From NCBI GenBank assembly GCA_049999805.1, contig JBNGIO010006191.1, forward strand, positions 162,151-226,150: DNA of 64,000 nt. The letters are read 5' to 3'. Each line of letters starts with the position of its first letter. Position 1 is the first letter of the stretch. A model generated the notes under the pieces. That model saw nothing but the letters and a program-made list of their open reading frames with translations, made no database searches and was not told the origin of the DNA. The DNA is from Folioceros fuciformis. Taxonomy: Eukaryota. Made by a program: the position numbers and the translations under genes. Shown piece by piece: positions 24,472 through 35,460 of the stretch.

Positions 24472-25907
24472 ATTAGGCTTTCTGCCTTACAGCTTTGCAC
24501 TGCCTACGTCTATGACCATACCCACTCACAGAGTTGTGTTGACCGGTCACTTGGGACCATATGCGATTCATACTATCCGCTGGTTTCAGTGCATGTGGCC
24601 CAACTAAAGACGTATAAGCATATCGAGATGGAAGGGTTGATGCCTCACCCTCGCCCACGCCTCTAGCCCTCTTTATGCTCTAAACACATGCCGTGGCAAG
24701 TGCTTGCAACTGCACCTACAGTAGCACGAGGGTTGTAGGGGTACTTGCAGCAACATAAGGGTTGTAGGGGCACCTACAACAATACAATGGATGCAAGGAT
24801 GCCTCAAAGGCAGCCTTGTATGGTCTGTCGTTTGGCTGGAGGTATGTTTGCTTGTTCCAATTGTTTCTGTCATCCCAATTCTACAAGTTGTCTAAATCGC
24901 ATCGGCTTACACCTGTTGGCGCTCTTATGGTCATACACACAATGTCTAATAATCATTGTTGCTGTGTTTCTATATGCTTCTCAACCTATTTGTGGAGCTG
25001 AGCAAAATCTTAGATCCTAATGGACCTTAAAGCTTCCGAGACCGATAAAGCTGCAATACTGATCGACACTGTGCGGATATTGTGCCACCTCTGAACCAAA
25101 GTAAAGAGCTAAAAACATTGACCTTGCAACTATAAGAAGCCCTAAATGACTTGAAGGCAATCTTTTGTTGAAGCTTGGGTGAGGGACACGAGAAATTTGC
25201 AAGGGGGTGAATATGCATGAAGGGTGACAGGTAAGCTTTGTTGAAAATGAACGCCGAAAAACAAGGTCAATGTGCTGGCCAATCCTACCATTCTTATAAC
25301 CCAGTGTCTACAAGCATGGTCGGTGATTTGCGAGAACCACGCCTGTCTCCTTGTTTTGAGCCCATGAGGTAGACCATGCAAGCCGATACTTCCTTTCTAT
25401 CTGTCTAGGTTTTGGGTAAGAGTGTGTGTGAAGCCGTGTTACGATTGCCTCTAATGTCCCACGCTTACCTTCACACTATCTACTTCACTAAGAGGGAATG
25501 ATGGTGAAGACCAACATGATCGTTTGGGATATGTCACATGGTGAAGGGAAAGGTTTCCGAAAAGGCTCACAAGGTTACGTACCACGAGGTCACAAACATT
25601 CTTAACATGGGGAGTGTTTTGGCTCGAGACATCTAGTAGGCGTCGGCCAACCAACGTCCATTGCCTTTACCGTCCGATCATACTGCTTGTGTCAATATAT
25701 ACGTACCCCCATGGTACCCTAAACCCTTATTTTCTTTGCATGTATTGTCTAGCTACAAGTATAAAATCTTTGGAAGCACACCTTTGTAACTATGTAAGAC
25801 ATCATCTTGAATAACACTAATCATCAAATTTACATCATTCCAAAGATTGTCATAGTGCAAGTATGCTCAGGCCTTGTAAACGACATTGTGCACCATGCAC
25901 CCCACCA

Positions 25908-26420
25908 TTTATTTATTTATTTATCATTAGGCGTATGCAGCCGTGAGGCTATGACGCCGGAATCAAAAAATATGATTTAATGGACACTTTGGGAAAGCGC
26001 AAAAGAAAGAGGATTAGAGCAAATAAAATAGCAAATCTAGATAGCTATGTAAGCCTAAGTTAAGTAATCGCCAATCTACGGAGTTGCTGAGAGAAGTTTT
26101 TCCCTGAGTCTGGGAACACTAAGAAGTTGGCGGATATCGTAGTAAGAGCCTTGAAATATATGGATCCAAGTGTTGCGAGTGGCCATACACTGGTCAAGGA
26201 TGTGATGACGAGTTTCTTCTGAAGACCTGCATTTCCGACAAAATGGATCCTCTGCAATGTTGAATCTCCTAAAGTAAGCCCTAAAAGCCATATGCCCAGT
26301 CCGAAGCTGGGTGAGAAATGATGAGAGCTTACGGTCATGGAGACCAAGGCGTTGTAGCACCGAAGCCGAAGGGCCACCAAGCACCACCCTCTTAATCCCA
26401 GAAGCCTTAGTTGAGGAAAC
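25908..26420 (-). mobile_element. 5'-truncated non-LTR retrotransposon (LINE 3' end with CCHC zinc knuckle and (TAAA)n tail)
   Basis: LTQLRTGH...CRKCRSSEETRHHILDQC resembles the ORF2 C-terminus of R1/I/Tad-type elements; 3' tail appears as (TTTA)n at about 25908-25923 on +; CACCATGCACCCCACCA flanks both sides. Confidence 0.8.
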
Positions 26421-27808
26421 CCACCGTGCACCCCACAATGCATCCCACCATGCACCCCACCACATGCACGGCGACCTGGCTTTCTTCGCTAAGATTTTTG
26501 GGCCACCTTAAAAAATGTGGTATCTCGGTTTTCTTTTGGTCCATGCCATCAATTGCCAGCATCATATATCTAGGTGGATGAACATAGCTTTTTGATCTAT
26601 GCTTCGATATCTTCTCCCTTTCGGTTGTTTGCCTTTCGCAATAAGAATCCAGTGCCCGTTGATAGTTTTCTACAGCAATGGAACAACATCATACGTCTCC
26701 CCAAGCATCAAATCCCCAATAGTAGTGGTTGACAAACGAAAAGGAGTCAGTGGCAGCCATCATGCCAATGGTAGAACATGACACCTTCCATAAGCATCCG
26801 CCGGTTGGGAGTTCTAGGTGGGGTGTAACTATCGGGTGGGGGGTGGGGGAAGGGCTAGGGCATCGGCAGGCCCGCGCCCTCGGTACCTCTTATCGCAACT
26901 AAGAAGACTTCAGGGCGCCGGCTGGATGAGAAATGTACATAGTTTGTTTTAAAAGGTGCTTGCTTGTCAGTTGTTTGTAAAGTGAGTGAGTAGGTTATAC
27001 CGAGTGACCACTTTAGTAGAATGGTTGCTTCGGTTGCCGTGCCAAAGTGAACACTATACAATCTCAATTCATTTAAGCATATTCCCAGAGATACCCCATG
27101 AATAAGGATTAAAACATGAAGAGAGAGAGTATGGCCGCTCTAGCATGCCATACATATGTTATCATCCATGATTAAGGGGCTATTTAGTTAGATGAGAAGG
27201 TAGCATTTACATATATAAACCCAAGAGGTATAAGGAGAAGGGTGAAGAGCATAGACGATTGGGAAGAGCAAGGTACTTATATGACATATGACCAACTTAA
27301 ATTCTTTTTCAATATAAATGATAGAAAATGTCAGAACAGCAGACTATTTTTCTTAAAAAATTAAATTTTATTGTACCACCTTGTACGGTTTGATTGGAAG
27401 CTTAAAGCCATTTTTGAAAATTGCCCCCTCCCTAAAGTTTCGGGGCCAAGTTGTTAAAGAAAAAAGTGCTTTCCCGGAGTCTCTATGGAAGGCGCTTAAT
27501 CGTGTGCTTCCTTTTTCGTTGTGACGTAATCACCGTCTTCCGTTCGCAGGTGGGAGATGGCTGCTATACCTGGCGAAATGGTTGCAGGGGAAAAATGCAT
27601 CGTTTCACGTGTCATCTTGGCCACATGAGCTATGGTGAGGCGACTATCGCTGTTAGTGTGGTACACGATGAAAGACATGGGTCAAGTCCAGAATGAAACA
27701 ATGTATGTACCGATGCTGGTGACAGCCGCAGATGCAGATTTTAGTCCTTGGGAAGCTTGGAGGTGATTTGCAGGAAGTTGGAATCATGCTTGTGGATGCG
27801 TCTGCAAT

Positions 27809-30223
27809 ATGTGGCAACCTCCAGGAATGACTCAAATGCTTGACAACTTGCCTCTGCAAAGTTATGTCGTTCCGGGGCAAACCATGGTCGTGGATTTTAC
27901 CTCCTACGCAAACACTGCTGAACACGAGGCTCTGCTCCTGTACTCACAGATGCAGCAGGCAGGTGTGATCCCCAGTCAACGAACGTATGTTGGTGTCCTT
28001 AAAGCGTGCCGTACACTGGCAGGACGCGGTGGGCGAAATGGTGGGCATGCGCCTGGAACATGTGTGAGAGAGCAATGCCTGCGGACTGTGAAAGCTGTCC
28101 ATTCTGACATTGTGAAGGGTAAGTGGAAGTTGGACTTGTTTGTGGCCAACATGCTTGTGGATGCATACTCAAAGTGTGGAAGTGTAGAAGATGCCAGACA
28201 GGTCTTCGATAAGATGCCTGGTCGTAGTGTGGTTTCTTGGACTGCCATGATTTTGGGATACGCCCACGCGCGCAAGGGGGAAGAGGCTTTGAAGTTATAC
28301 AGGGAGATGCGACGGGCAGGTGTTACTCCCAACGACAGAACTTACGTGGGCGCGCTTAAGGCCTGCAGTGCCATGGCAGAGGTGGGAGCTGATGGCGTAC
28401 CTGCCCACCGCCAGTGTCTGGAACCTCGTGTGCGAGCCATCCACCAAGATATCAAGAAGGCGAGGTTGGAGCAAAATGTATTTGTGGGGAATATGCTGGT
28501 GGATGCTTATGCAAAATGCGGGAGCCTGGAGACTGCCAGACAGGTATTTGACGACATGCCTTACCGCAATGTAGTGGTATGGAATACAATGATCTTTGGG
28601 TACTCCCAGCAAGCCGGGAAGGGTGAAGAAGCCCTGTTGCTCTACAAACAGATGCAACAAGGGGGTGTGGTAGCGGATGCGCGAACCTATGTTGGTGCAC
28701 TTCAAGCTTGTGGTGCCATAGCGGAACAGGAGATGAAGGAAGGTGATGGAGTTCGTGTCACAAATCAGTGCCTGGAAACCGTGACAACCATCCACAAACA
28801 TGTCTTGAAGAGGAATCTTGAGTCCGATGTATTTGTAGCAACCATGCTGGTGGACGTGTATGCCAAATGTGGAAGCCTGAAGGAGGCCAGGAAGTTGTTC
28901 GAAAACATGCCTCACCCTGATGCGGTTGCATGGAATGCCATGATCTTAGGATATGCACAGATGCAGGAGCCTCAAGAGGCCTTGAATCTGTACGAGTTGA
29001 TGAAACAGCAATCCGTTGTCCCTGACGACCGCACTTACGTTGCTGTTCTGAAGGCTTGCTGCACTCTTGCCCAACAGGAAGGGGACAGAAAAATGCATTG
29101 CCTGGAGATGGTGACAACTATCCACGCCGATGTGAGCAAAGCACGGTTTGATTCCAACATCTTTGTCGCAAACATGCTCGTAAACGCTTATGCAAAATGC
29201 GGGGACCTGGAGAAGGCCAGGCAAGTGTTTGACAAGATCCCTCATCGTGATGTGGTGTCTTGGACTGCCATGGTGTTAGGGTACGCACAGATGGACAGGG
29301 GTAAAGAAGCTTTGCAACTGTACGCGCAGATGCAACAGGAAGGCGTCCAGCCAAACGAGCGCACATTCGTGGCTGCCCTAAAAGCCTGCAGCAGCGTGGC
29401 TGGATTGGAGAGGGGGAAGCAAATTCATGCCCAGATCGGGGAAGCTGGTGTGGATCTATCCTCCTCCTGCCATCTGGTCACCAGCCTGATTGACATGTAT
29501 GGCAAGTGCTCCAGCATGGTGGATGCTCGGAAGGTGTTCGACGCCATAGCCGCGAACGACATCGTTGCATGGAATGCGTTGCTGTTAGGGTACGCCAGGC
29601 AAGGACAGAGCGAGGCTGTGTTCCACTTGCTGGTGAGGATGCAGAAAGAGGGAATCCATCCCAACGATGTCACTTTCCTCGGCGTGCTCATGGTGTGCAG
29701 TCATGTGGGCCTGATGGATATCGGCCAGAAGTTTGTGGAAGCCATGAGCAGAGATTACGGCATAGCTCCCTCGATCCAGCATCTCAACTGCATGGTGGAT
29801 CTGCTCGGTCGCGCGGGCCGCATCCACCAAGCCATGGCCATGGTCCACAGCATGCCCTTCCCTGCCGACATGTCCGTGTGGAGATGTATCCTCAGCGCCT
29901 GCCAAAAGTGGCGAGCCGTGGAGCTCGGAATGCGGGCTTTCGAATGCGCTGTTCGGCTGGATGCACGAGACGCTGCGCCGTATGTCGTCATGGCCAACAT
30001 CTATCTTGCTGCTGGCATGCCGGCCATGGCGGATAAGGTTCAGGCAAGGCGCGTGAAGGCGCAGGCGTGGAAGGAACCGGGGCGCAGCTGGTGGATGGAC
30101 GGGACTGGGCAGGTGCATGTTTTCCTGGTGGCAGACGCTACACATCCAGAGAGCGAGGGCATCTACGACAAATTACACGACGTTTTCGCCTCTCTTGGAA
30201 TGCGCAGAAGCTATAAGTCGTGA
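27809..30223 (+). CDS. PLS-class PPR with E1/E2 and truncated E+ (WW-type PG box), no catalytic DYW; 5' end degenerate
   Basis: Repeated P-L(long)-S triplets (VVSWTAMILGYA...; RTYVGALKAC...; FVANMLVDAYAKCG...), then KEPGRSWW...HPESEGIY and a stop. An upstream out-of-frame PPR remnant makes the true start uncertain. Confidence 0.8.
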   Translation: MWQPPGMTQMLDNLPLQSYVVPGQTMVVDFTSYANTAEHEALLLYSQMQQAGVIPSQRTYVGVLKACRTLAGRGGRNGGHAPGTCVREQCLRTVKAVHSDIVKGKWKLDLFVANMLVDAYSKCGSVEDARQVFDKMPGRSVVSWTAMILGYAHARKGEEALKLYREMRRAGVTPNDRTYVGALKACSAMAEVGADGVPAHRQCLEPRVRAIHQDIKKARLEQNVFVGNMLVDAYAKCGSLETARQVFDDMPYRNVVVWNTMIFGYSQQAGKGEEALLLYKQMQQGGVVADARTYVGALQACGAIAEQEMKEGDGVRVTNQCLETVTTIHKHVLKRNLESDVFVATMLVDVYAKCGSLKEARKLFENMPHPDAVAWNAMILGYAQMQEPQEALNLYELMKQQSVVPDDRTYVAVLKACCTLAQQEGDRKMHCLEMVTTIHADVSKARFDSNIFVANMLVNAYAKCGDLEKARQVFDKIPHRDVVSWTAMVLGYAQMDRGKEALQLYAQMQQEGVQPNERTFVAALKACSSVAGLERGKQIHAQIGEAGVDLSSSCHLVTSLIDMYGKCSSMVDARKVFDAIAANDIVAWNALLLGYARQGQSEAVFHLLVRMQKEGIHPNDVTFLGVLMVCSHVGLMDIGQKFVEAMSRDYGIAPSIQHLNCMVDLLGRAGRIHQAMAMVHSMPFPADMSVWRCILSACQKWRAVELGMRAFECAVRLDARDAAPYVVMANIYLAAGMPAMADKVQARRVKAQAWKEPGRSWWMDGTGQVHVFLVADATHPESEGIYDKLHDVFASLGMRRSYKS

Positions 30224-30366
30224 AGCACCTTTTTCTGCATCGTTGCTTGCTTCGTGGCAGCAGGAGGTCAGGGGAGGAGAAGACGGTTCCTCTCCGCCTC
30301 CTTCGATTTCTCGTTCGAGCCTCTTGGTCCTTCTCTGCTTTCGGAAGTCTTCTCCAGGCGCTGGCT

Positions 30367-31353
30367 ATGGCAGTGGAGGATGGTGAGACGCGTCCGGGAG
30401 TTCTGCTGGCGGTGAGGGTGAGCGAGTACTTGGAGAAGGCGCTGGAAAGCACATACGCGCTGCACCGGCTGTACTCGGTCCCAGCAGGGGAGGCGGAACG
30501 TGCAGAGTGGCTAGGCGCCATCGCTCCGGCAGTGCGCGCGGTGGTTGGTAGCGCGGCGGGCGCGGCCTCCGCGGAGCTCATCGCGCAGCTGCCGGCGCTG
30601 GAGCTGGTTGCGTGCTACAGCGTGGGAACGGACAAGGTGCATCTTCCGAGCTGCAAGGAGCGAGGCATCGCGGTGAGCAACACGCCCGATGTTCTCACGG
30701 ACGACTGCGCGGATCTGGCTTTGGCTCTGATGCTCACTTCTTCTCGCCGCCTGGTGGCCGCGGACGGCTACCTGCGGCAGGGACTGTGGGAGAAGCAGGG
30801 GGACTTCCCGCTGGCGGTCAAGGTGTCGGGGAAGCGGGTAGGGATTGTGGGGCTGGGCCGCATCGGATTGGCTGTGGCCTCCAGGGCGCGGGCCTTCGGG
30901 TGCGCCATCTCCTACCACGGGCGGGGCCGAAAACAGGAGGCAGACTCACAGGGCTTTCGCTTTTTCGACACCGCGGAGGGCCTGGCGCGGGAATCGGACT
31001 TCCTCGTCCTCTGCTGCCCGCTCACCCGGGACACTGCAGGGCTGGTGGACAGGAAGGTGCTTGATGCGCTTGGTCCCAAGGGCACGCTCATCAACATCGC
31101 GCGCGGTCCAGTGGTGGACGAGCCGGAGCTGGTGCTGGCCCTGCAGGAGGGCCGCCTCGGCGCCGCGGGCTTGGATGTGTATCAGGACGAGCCGCGCGTA
31201 CCGAAGGCATTGTTGGGGTTAGATAATGTTGTAATGCTCCCTCACGTGGCCAGCGCGACTGTGGAGACTCGCACGGCCATGGCAGATCTTGTGTTGGAGA
31301 ACTTAGCCGCACATTTCGCTGGGAAGGCGCTCGTCACACCGTTGGAGTTTTAG
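30367..31353 (+). CDS. D-isomer 2-hydroxyacid dehydrogenase (hydroxyphenylpyruvate / glyoxylate-hydroxypyruvate reductase, HPPR/HPR2-like), intronless
   Basis: VSNTPDVLTDDCADLA, Rossmann motif VGIVGLGRIG, LINIARGPVVDE, AGLDVYQDEP, LPHVASAT. Confidence 0.93.
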   Translation: MAVEDGETRPGVLLAVRVSEYLEKALESTYALHRLYSVPAGEAERAEWLGAIAPAVRAVVGSAAGAASAELIAQLPALELVACYSVGTDKVHLPSCKERGIAVSNTPDVLTDDCADLALALMLTSSRRLVAADGYLRQGLWEKQGDFPLAVKVSGKRVGIVGLGRIGLAVASRARAFGCAISYHGRGRKQEADSQGFRFFDTAEGLARESDFLVLCCPLTRDTAGLVDRKVLDALGPKGTLINIARGPVVDEPELVLALQEGRLGAAGLDVYQDEPRVPKALLGLDNVVMLPHVASATVETRTAMADLVLENLAAHFAGKALVTPLEF

Positions 31354-31731
31354 GCATCGTAGGAGATGCGACTAGATGGCTTACATCCCAACGAAGACGC
31401 AGATCCGAGGAAGCGCGTCGATTGTGCTCGGAGTATGGAGACAAGTATTTGGCACACGTCTCTCTAACTCGAGGCAGCCCTACCCGTATGCCGTCCATCT
31501 CGACGAACTCTGTCCGCGGGTGTAAACGTAACTAAGGGATGATGAAAGCGCCGGTTCTTCATCTTCAGGTCTGGGTTTCTGATACTGCGGTCTATTTCCG
31601 CCTCGTTGGCCCGTATGGCCCATGAAAATCTGTCCAAAGCTACTATGGCGTGCCCTTCTCCCGTCCGTTTGCGCTGCGCAGGCCGCTCGTCTATGAATTT
31701 CTCATCTCGAGAAGTGGGTTTGCCCCAGCTG

Positions 31732-31805
31732 CACTGTGGACATCGACTTGAGCCTGCACCTAGTCGGGTACTGTGGACATCGACTTGAACCTGCACCTAG
31801 TCGGG
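31732..31805 (+). repeat. Tandem duplication of about 38 bp (ACTGTGGACATCGACTTGA.CCTGCACCTAGTCGGG)
   Basis: Two adjacent near-identical copies. Confidence 0.85.
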
Positions 31806-32838
31806 GACGGTGGCCAGAAGGAACGTCTCCGGAAGGCTTCGTAATCTGGAGACTCCTCGTCCGGAATGAGTCGCCTCGCCAAGGTCGGTCTGTTGGGGAT
31901 GTAGCCGCCGTAGGCACACTGCCCGAGGTTCACTGCATCATGCCGTGCTGAGGAGACCCAGATAATGGTGGTAAGGATGTGGACCGGGGATTCCGTGCTC
32001 TTCAGCTCGGGCCACCCAGACTCATCTTGTGTGCCGGCGTGCTGTTCTTAGGCTCCACAGCGAGACGAACTAAGCTCGTTTCCAAGTGCTCCTGGGTCAA
32101 AGCCAATTCTCTCCGTCCATACACTTTGGGATCCAGAGAACGTTCAGGAGGGAGACCCGTGAAAAACGTTCGTGCTTTCAGTACAAGTTGGCATGAAATT
32201 TGGTACTGAGCCAGGATGGTAATATCACTGCAAGATTCACCGTGAGTCGCTCCACGACTACAGGAGTCATGCCTGCTAGGTCTTGGCGACCAAACTCACC
32301 ATCTTGCATCCACCTGAATTTGTCACCTGTTACACAAAGATTTGTGAAGCTATCTGCAAGTCAATGTGGATTCGAGCTGGTGTGTGCCGGCGACAGCCAC
32401 TACCAAAAGGAGGATGTCGGGCTTATCCTACACAACCAAGCCTGCAAGGTAAAACCAACTAGCTGTTCCTCCAAGTTTAGATAGCGCTAGGGGGTCGCAG
32501 TGACGTCGTTCAACAGGGATGCTTACTATAATCATGAGCATCAGGAGGCTCGTACATGGAGGAGGAGGCAGTAGAGCATACATGGATTTCTCGTGACAGT
32601 ATGTGGCTAGTGCTGCTGCACTCGGCGCTGTTTGTTCTTGCTGCAGAAGGACCGTCAAGTGCAGCTACACTCGGAGGAACACCACCAGACACTGATCGTG
32701 TCCGTAATGATGGGAGGCAAATCAGCAGTAGCCATCCATGAACATCCAGCCAGCGAATAAGGCAAGCAAACAGTGGAAAAGGTAATGTTCTCCGGCGTAC
32801 AGACTTGGGCGCTGACTAACTTCCTTCGTTTCTTATCT

Positions 32839-35460
32839 TCACGGCCTACCTTTACAACTGCAACAACCAGCTGCAAATCGATGCACACGATACCCATCCC
32901 TTACAACAATGTCCCTCTTTTCGAGCCGTGACATGATCTCCGTGGAACTGTGACAGTCGCTGCACATGCGTAGATTCTTCGTTACCACCAGGGGTGTCCC
33001 ACTCGGAGTGTTCAACAGACCATACGCCAGAGCTAACTTCTCAGCATGCCCGCACAGCGCATCTTCCTTCTCCTTCTCAGACAGTGGCTTCAACACCAGC
33101 TTTGTGTGAGGCACGTGACCTCCTTCCTGCTTCAGACGTGCATTTGTGCTCTCTACCTTCACAGCAATATCGTCTCTTCTTTCTCCCACTGCAAATGTAT
33201 GTACCTGCTTCCTCACCTCAATGGTCGCCACTGCAGGTTTCTTGTTAGCTCCTGCTACCGTTCTCTGTGTTTCAATTCTGTCTGCATCGCTCCACCTACC
33301 TGAATCTGCATAGGCATTGGCCATGAGCACATACGCAGACGCCCTTTGAGGGTCCAGCCTAACAAGGCTTTCAAAACACCACCTTGCCCTCGCTACATCC
33401 CCATGACTTTTGCATGCATACAGCAGAGACATCAACCCCACGACATCACCTTGACTCTCGCATGATAATAGCATCTTCTCAGCATCATGTAAATGGCCCG
33501 CACGCCCAAGAAGATCAATCATACAATTGTGATGCTCAGTAGTAGGCTTGATGCCATGCTCTTCAGCCATGCCATCGAAGTACTTGCGACCCTCGTCCAC
33601 CAGGCCCTCATGACTGCATGCCACTAGAAGGCAAGTAAAAGTAGCAGCATCAGGCTGAATACCGGCGACTAACATTTCCTCAAAACAAGCCAGTGCCTTA
33701 TGACCTTCACCACAGGTACCATACCCAGATATCAGGGCGGTCCAGGTCACCACATTCTTGGTGTTCATGCTATCGAAAGCCTGGCGTGCATCTCCCAGTT
33801 CACCACATTTTGCATACATGTCCACCAGGCAGGTGCCCACCACTACGTTATCCAGCAGTCCTCTTTCAACAATCTGCGAATGCAGCTGTCTGCCCTTCTG
33901 TAAGGCGCCAGTGGTTGCACAGGCCTTCAGAAGGCAAGCAAAAATAACACTATCAGACAAAATGAGGCCCGCTTCTTCCATCTGTCCATACAGCAAAAGA
34001 GCCTCTCCTCCGCGTCCTTGCTGTGTATACCCATCAATCAGGGCCGTCCATGTCACCACGTCCTTTGTGGCCATGTTGTCAAAGGCGTGGCGTGCAGCTT
34101 CCAGTTCGCCACATTTTGCATACATGCCCACCAGGGAGTTCCCCACCACAGCGTTATGCAACAGCCCTTTTTCAACAATCTGTGAGTGGAGTTGCCTGCC
34201 CTTCTGCAAGGCACCAGTGCTTCCACAGGCCTTCAGGAGGCAAGCAAAAGTAACACGGTCAGCCAAAATAAGACCCACCTCCTCCATTTGTCCATACACC
34301 ACAAGAGCCTCTTGGCCGAGTCCTTGCTGTGCATACCCAGCAATCAGGGCATTCCATGTCACCACATCCTTTGAGGCCATGCTGTCAAAGACATGGCGTG
34401 CATCTTTCATTTTGCCACATTTTGCATACATATCCACCAGGCAGGTGCCAACGAACACGTCAGGAGGAATGCCACTGAGCAACACATCACCGTGCACTTT
34501 TCTCCCAGATTCCAAGTCGGCAGCAAATGCACAAGCTTGAAGGGCAGCTACAAAAACATGGGCATCCGCCTTCACTCCTGACCTACGCATCTCATGGTAC
34601 AACTGGACTGCCTCACTAGGTTTCCCATGTTTAGCATGGGCAGAGATGATAGAAGACCAGCTGAAAACATCTGCTTTGCCTACCCTGATGAACACATCCA
34701 TGGCCTCCTCTAGCCTGCCTCCACATGCATACATACGCAAGATATGATTCCCCACGTACGCAATCGACTCGTACCCAAGTTTGACCGTGAGATGATGAAC
34801 TCGTCGCCCCAAAACCAAATCCTTGTTCGCTGTACACAGTTTCAGCACAGTGCAACACAAAGACACGGAAATGGCAGAGCCTGTCTGCGCCAGAGATTCC
34901 AGGGCTCCTACGGCCTCAGACAGCCTCCTCTGCTGACAAAACAAGCTCACGGTTCCAGGCGTTACGACGCCGATTTCCGATCCTGCCCGCTTGCCAGGTT
35001 CAGGCTTAACCGGAGAGCCGGAGTTGGTAGGCGAGGCACCTTGAGCCGTGTCCATATTCAAGGAAACGAGCTTTTCATCAACCCAAGCTGGCTTGAACTC
35101 GCTGTTTAACCAGAGGACCTCCCCGGACCCCTTGCGCTGGAAGTCAGGCGAACGGGAGCTCTGCTTAACCCGTCTGTTGTCCCACCACATGGCAGGCTCC
35201 AGAAAGAATTGTTCCCACAAGTGCTCCTGCTCCTGGCAACGCCCGGCATCGCTGGGAAAACTGTCTCCACTCACCCATTTCCTCGGAGATGGGAGTGTTG
35301 GGCTCCTTACACTGCTGCATCTACAGCCTTCATTGTTTGCCATCAATTCACTCCCAACGGCGACGTGAGCGGGTCTCGGAGTTCCTACTAGGATCCCTCT
35401 GTACGTACACGAGCGGATTTGTTGGGTCCATGACTGATCCGGTTGCCACAGTGCGGCCAT
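32839..35460 (-). CDS. Intronless PLS-class PPR protein with N-terminal PDF motif and DYW:KP (GRP-ending) domain; paralog of 18489-21140
   Basis: KKPAVATIEV (KP box), HAEKLALAYG, CSDCH and terminal CCSCKGRP; closely similar to the upstream paralog. The start codon is less certain. Confidence 0.92.
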   Translation of the reverse strand: MAALWQPDQSWTQQIRSCTYRGILVGTPRPAHVAVGSELMANNEGCRCSSVRSPTLPSPRKWVSGDSFPSDAGRCQEQEHLWEQFFLEPAMWWDNRRVKQSSRSPDFQRKGSGEVLWLNSEFKPAWVDEKLVSLNMDTAQGASPTNSGSPVKPEPGKRAGSEIGVVTPGTVSLFCQQRRLSEAVGALESLAQTGSAISVSLCCTVLKLCTANKDLVLGRRVHHLTVKLGYESIAYVGNHILRMYACGGRLEEAMDVFIRVGKADVFSWSSIISAHAKHGKPSEAVQLYHEMRRSGVKADAHVFVAALQACAFAADLESGRKVHGDVLLSGIPPDVFVGTCLVDMYAKCGKMKDARHVFDSMASKDVVTWNALIAGYAQQGLGQEALVVYGQMEEVGLILADRVTFACLLKACGSTGALQKGRQLHSQIVEKGLLHNAVVGNSLVGMYAKCGELEAARHAFDNMATKDVVTWTALIDGYTQQGRGGEALLLYGQMEEAGLILSDSVIFACLLKACATTGALQKGRQLHSQIVERGLLDNVVVGTCLVDMYAKCGELGDARQAFDSMNTKNVVTWTALISGYGTCGEGHKALACFEEMLVAGIQPDAATFTCLLVACSHEGLVDEGRKYFDGMAEEHGIKPTTEHHNCMIDLLGRAGHLHDAEKMLLSCESQGDVVGLMSLLYACKSHGDVARARWCFESLVRLDPQRASAYVLMANAYADSGRWSDADRIETQRTVAGANKKPAVATIEVRKQVHTFAVGERRDDIAVKVESTNARLKQEGGHVPHTKLVLKPLSEKEKEDALCGHAEKLALAYGLLNTPSGTPLVVTKNLRMCSDCHSSTEIMSRLEKRDIVVRDGYRVHRFAAGCCSCKGRP

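Noticed and set aside
31450-32750. Possible gene between the reductase and the second GRP-PPR
   Set aside because: Only short interrupted frames with no recognisable family or consistent splice model.
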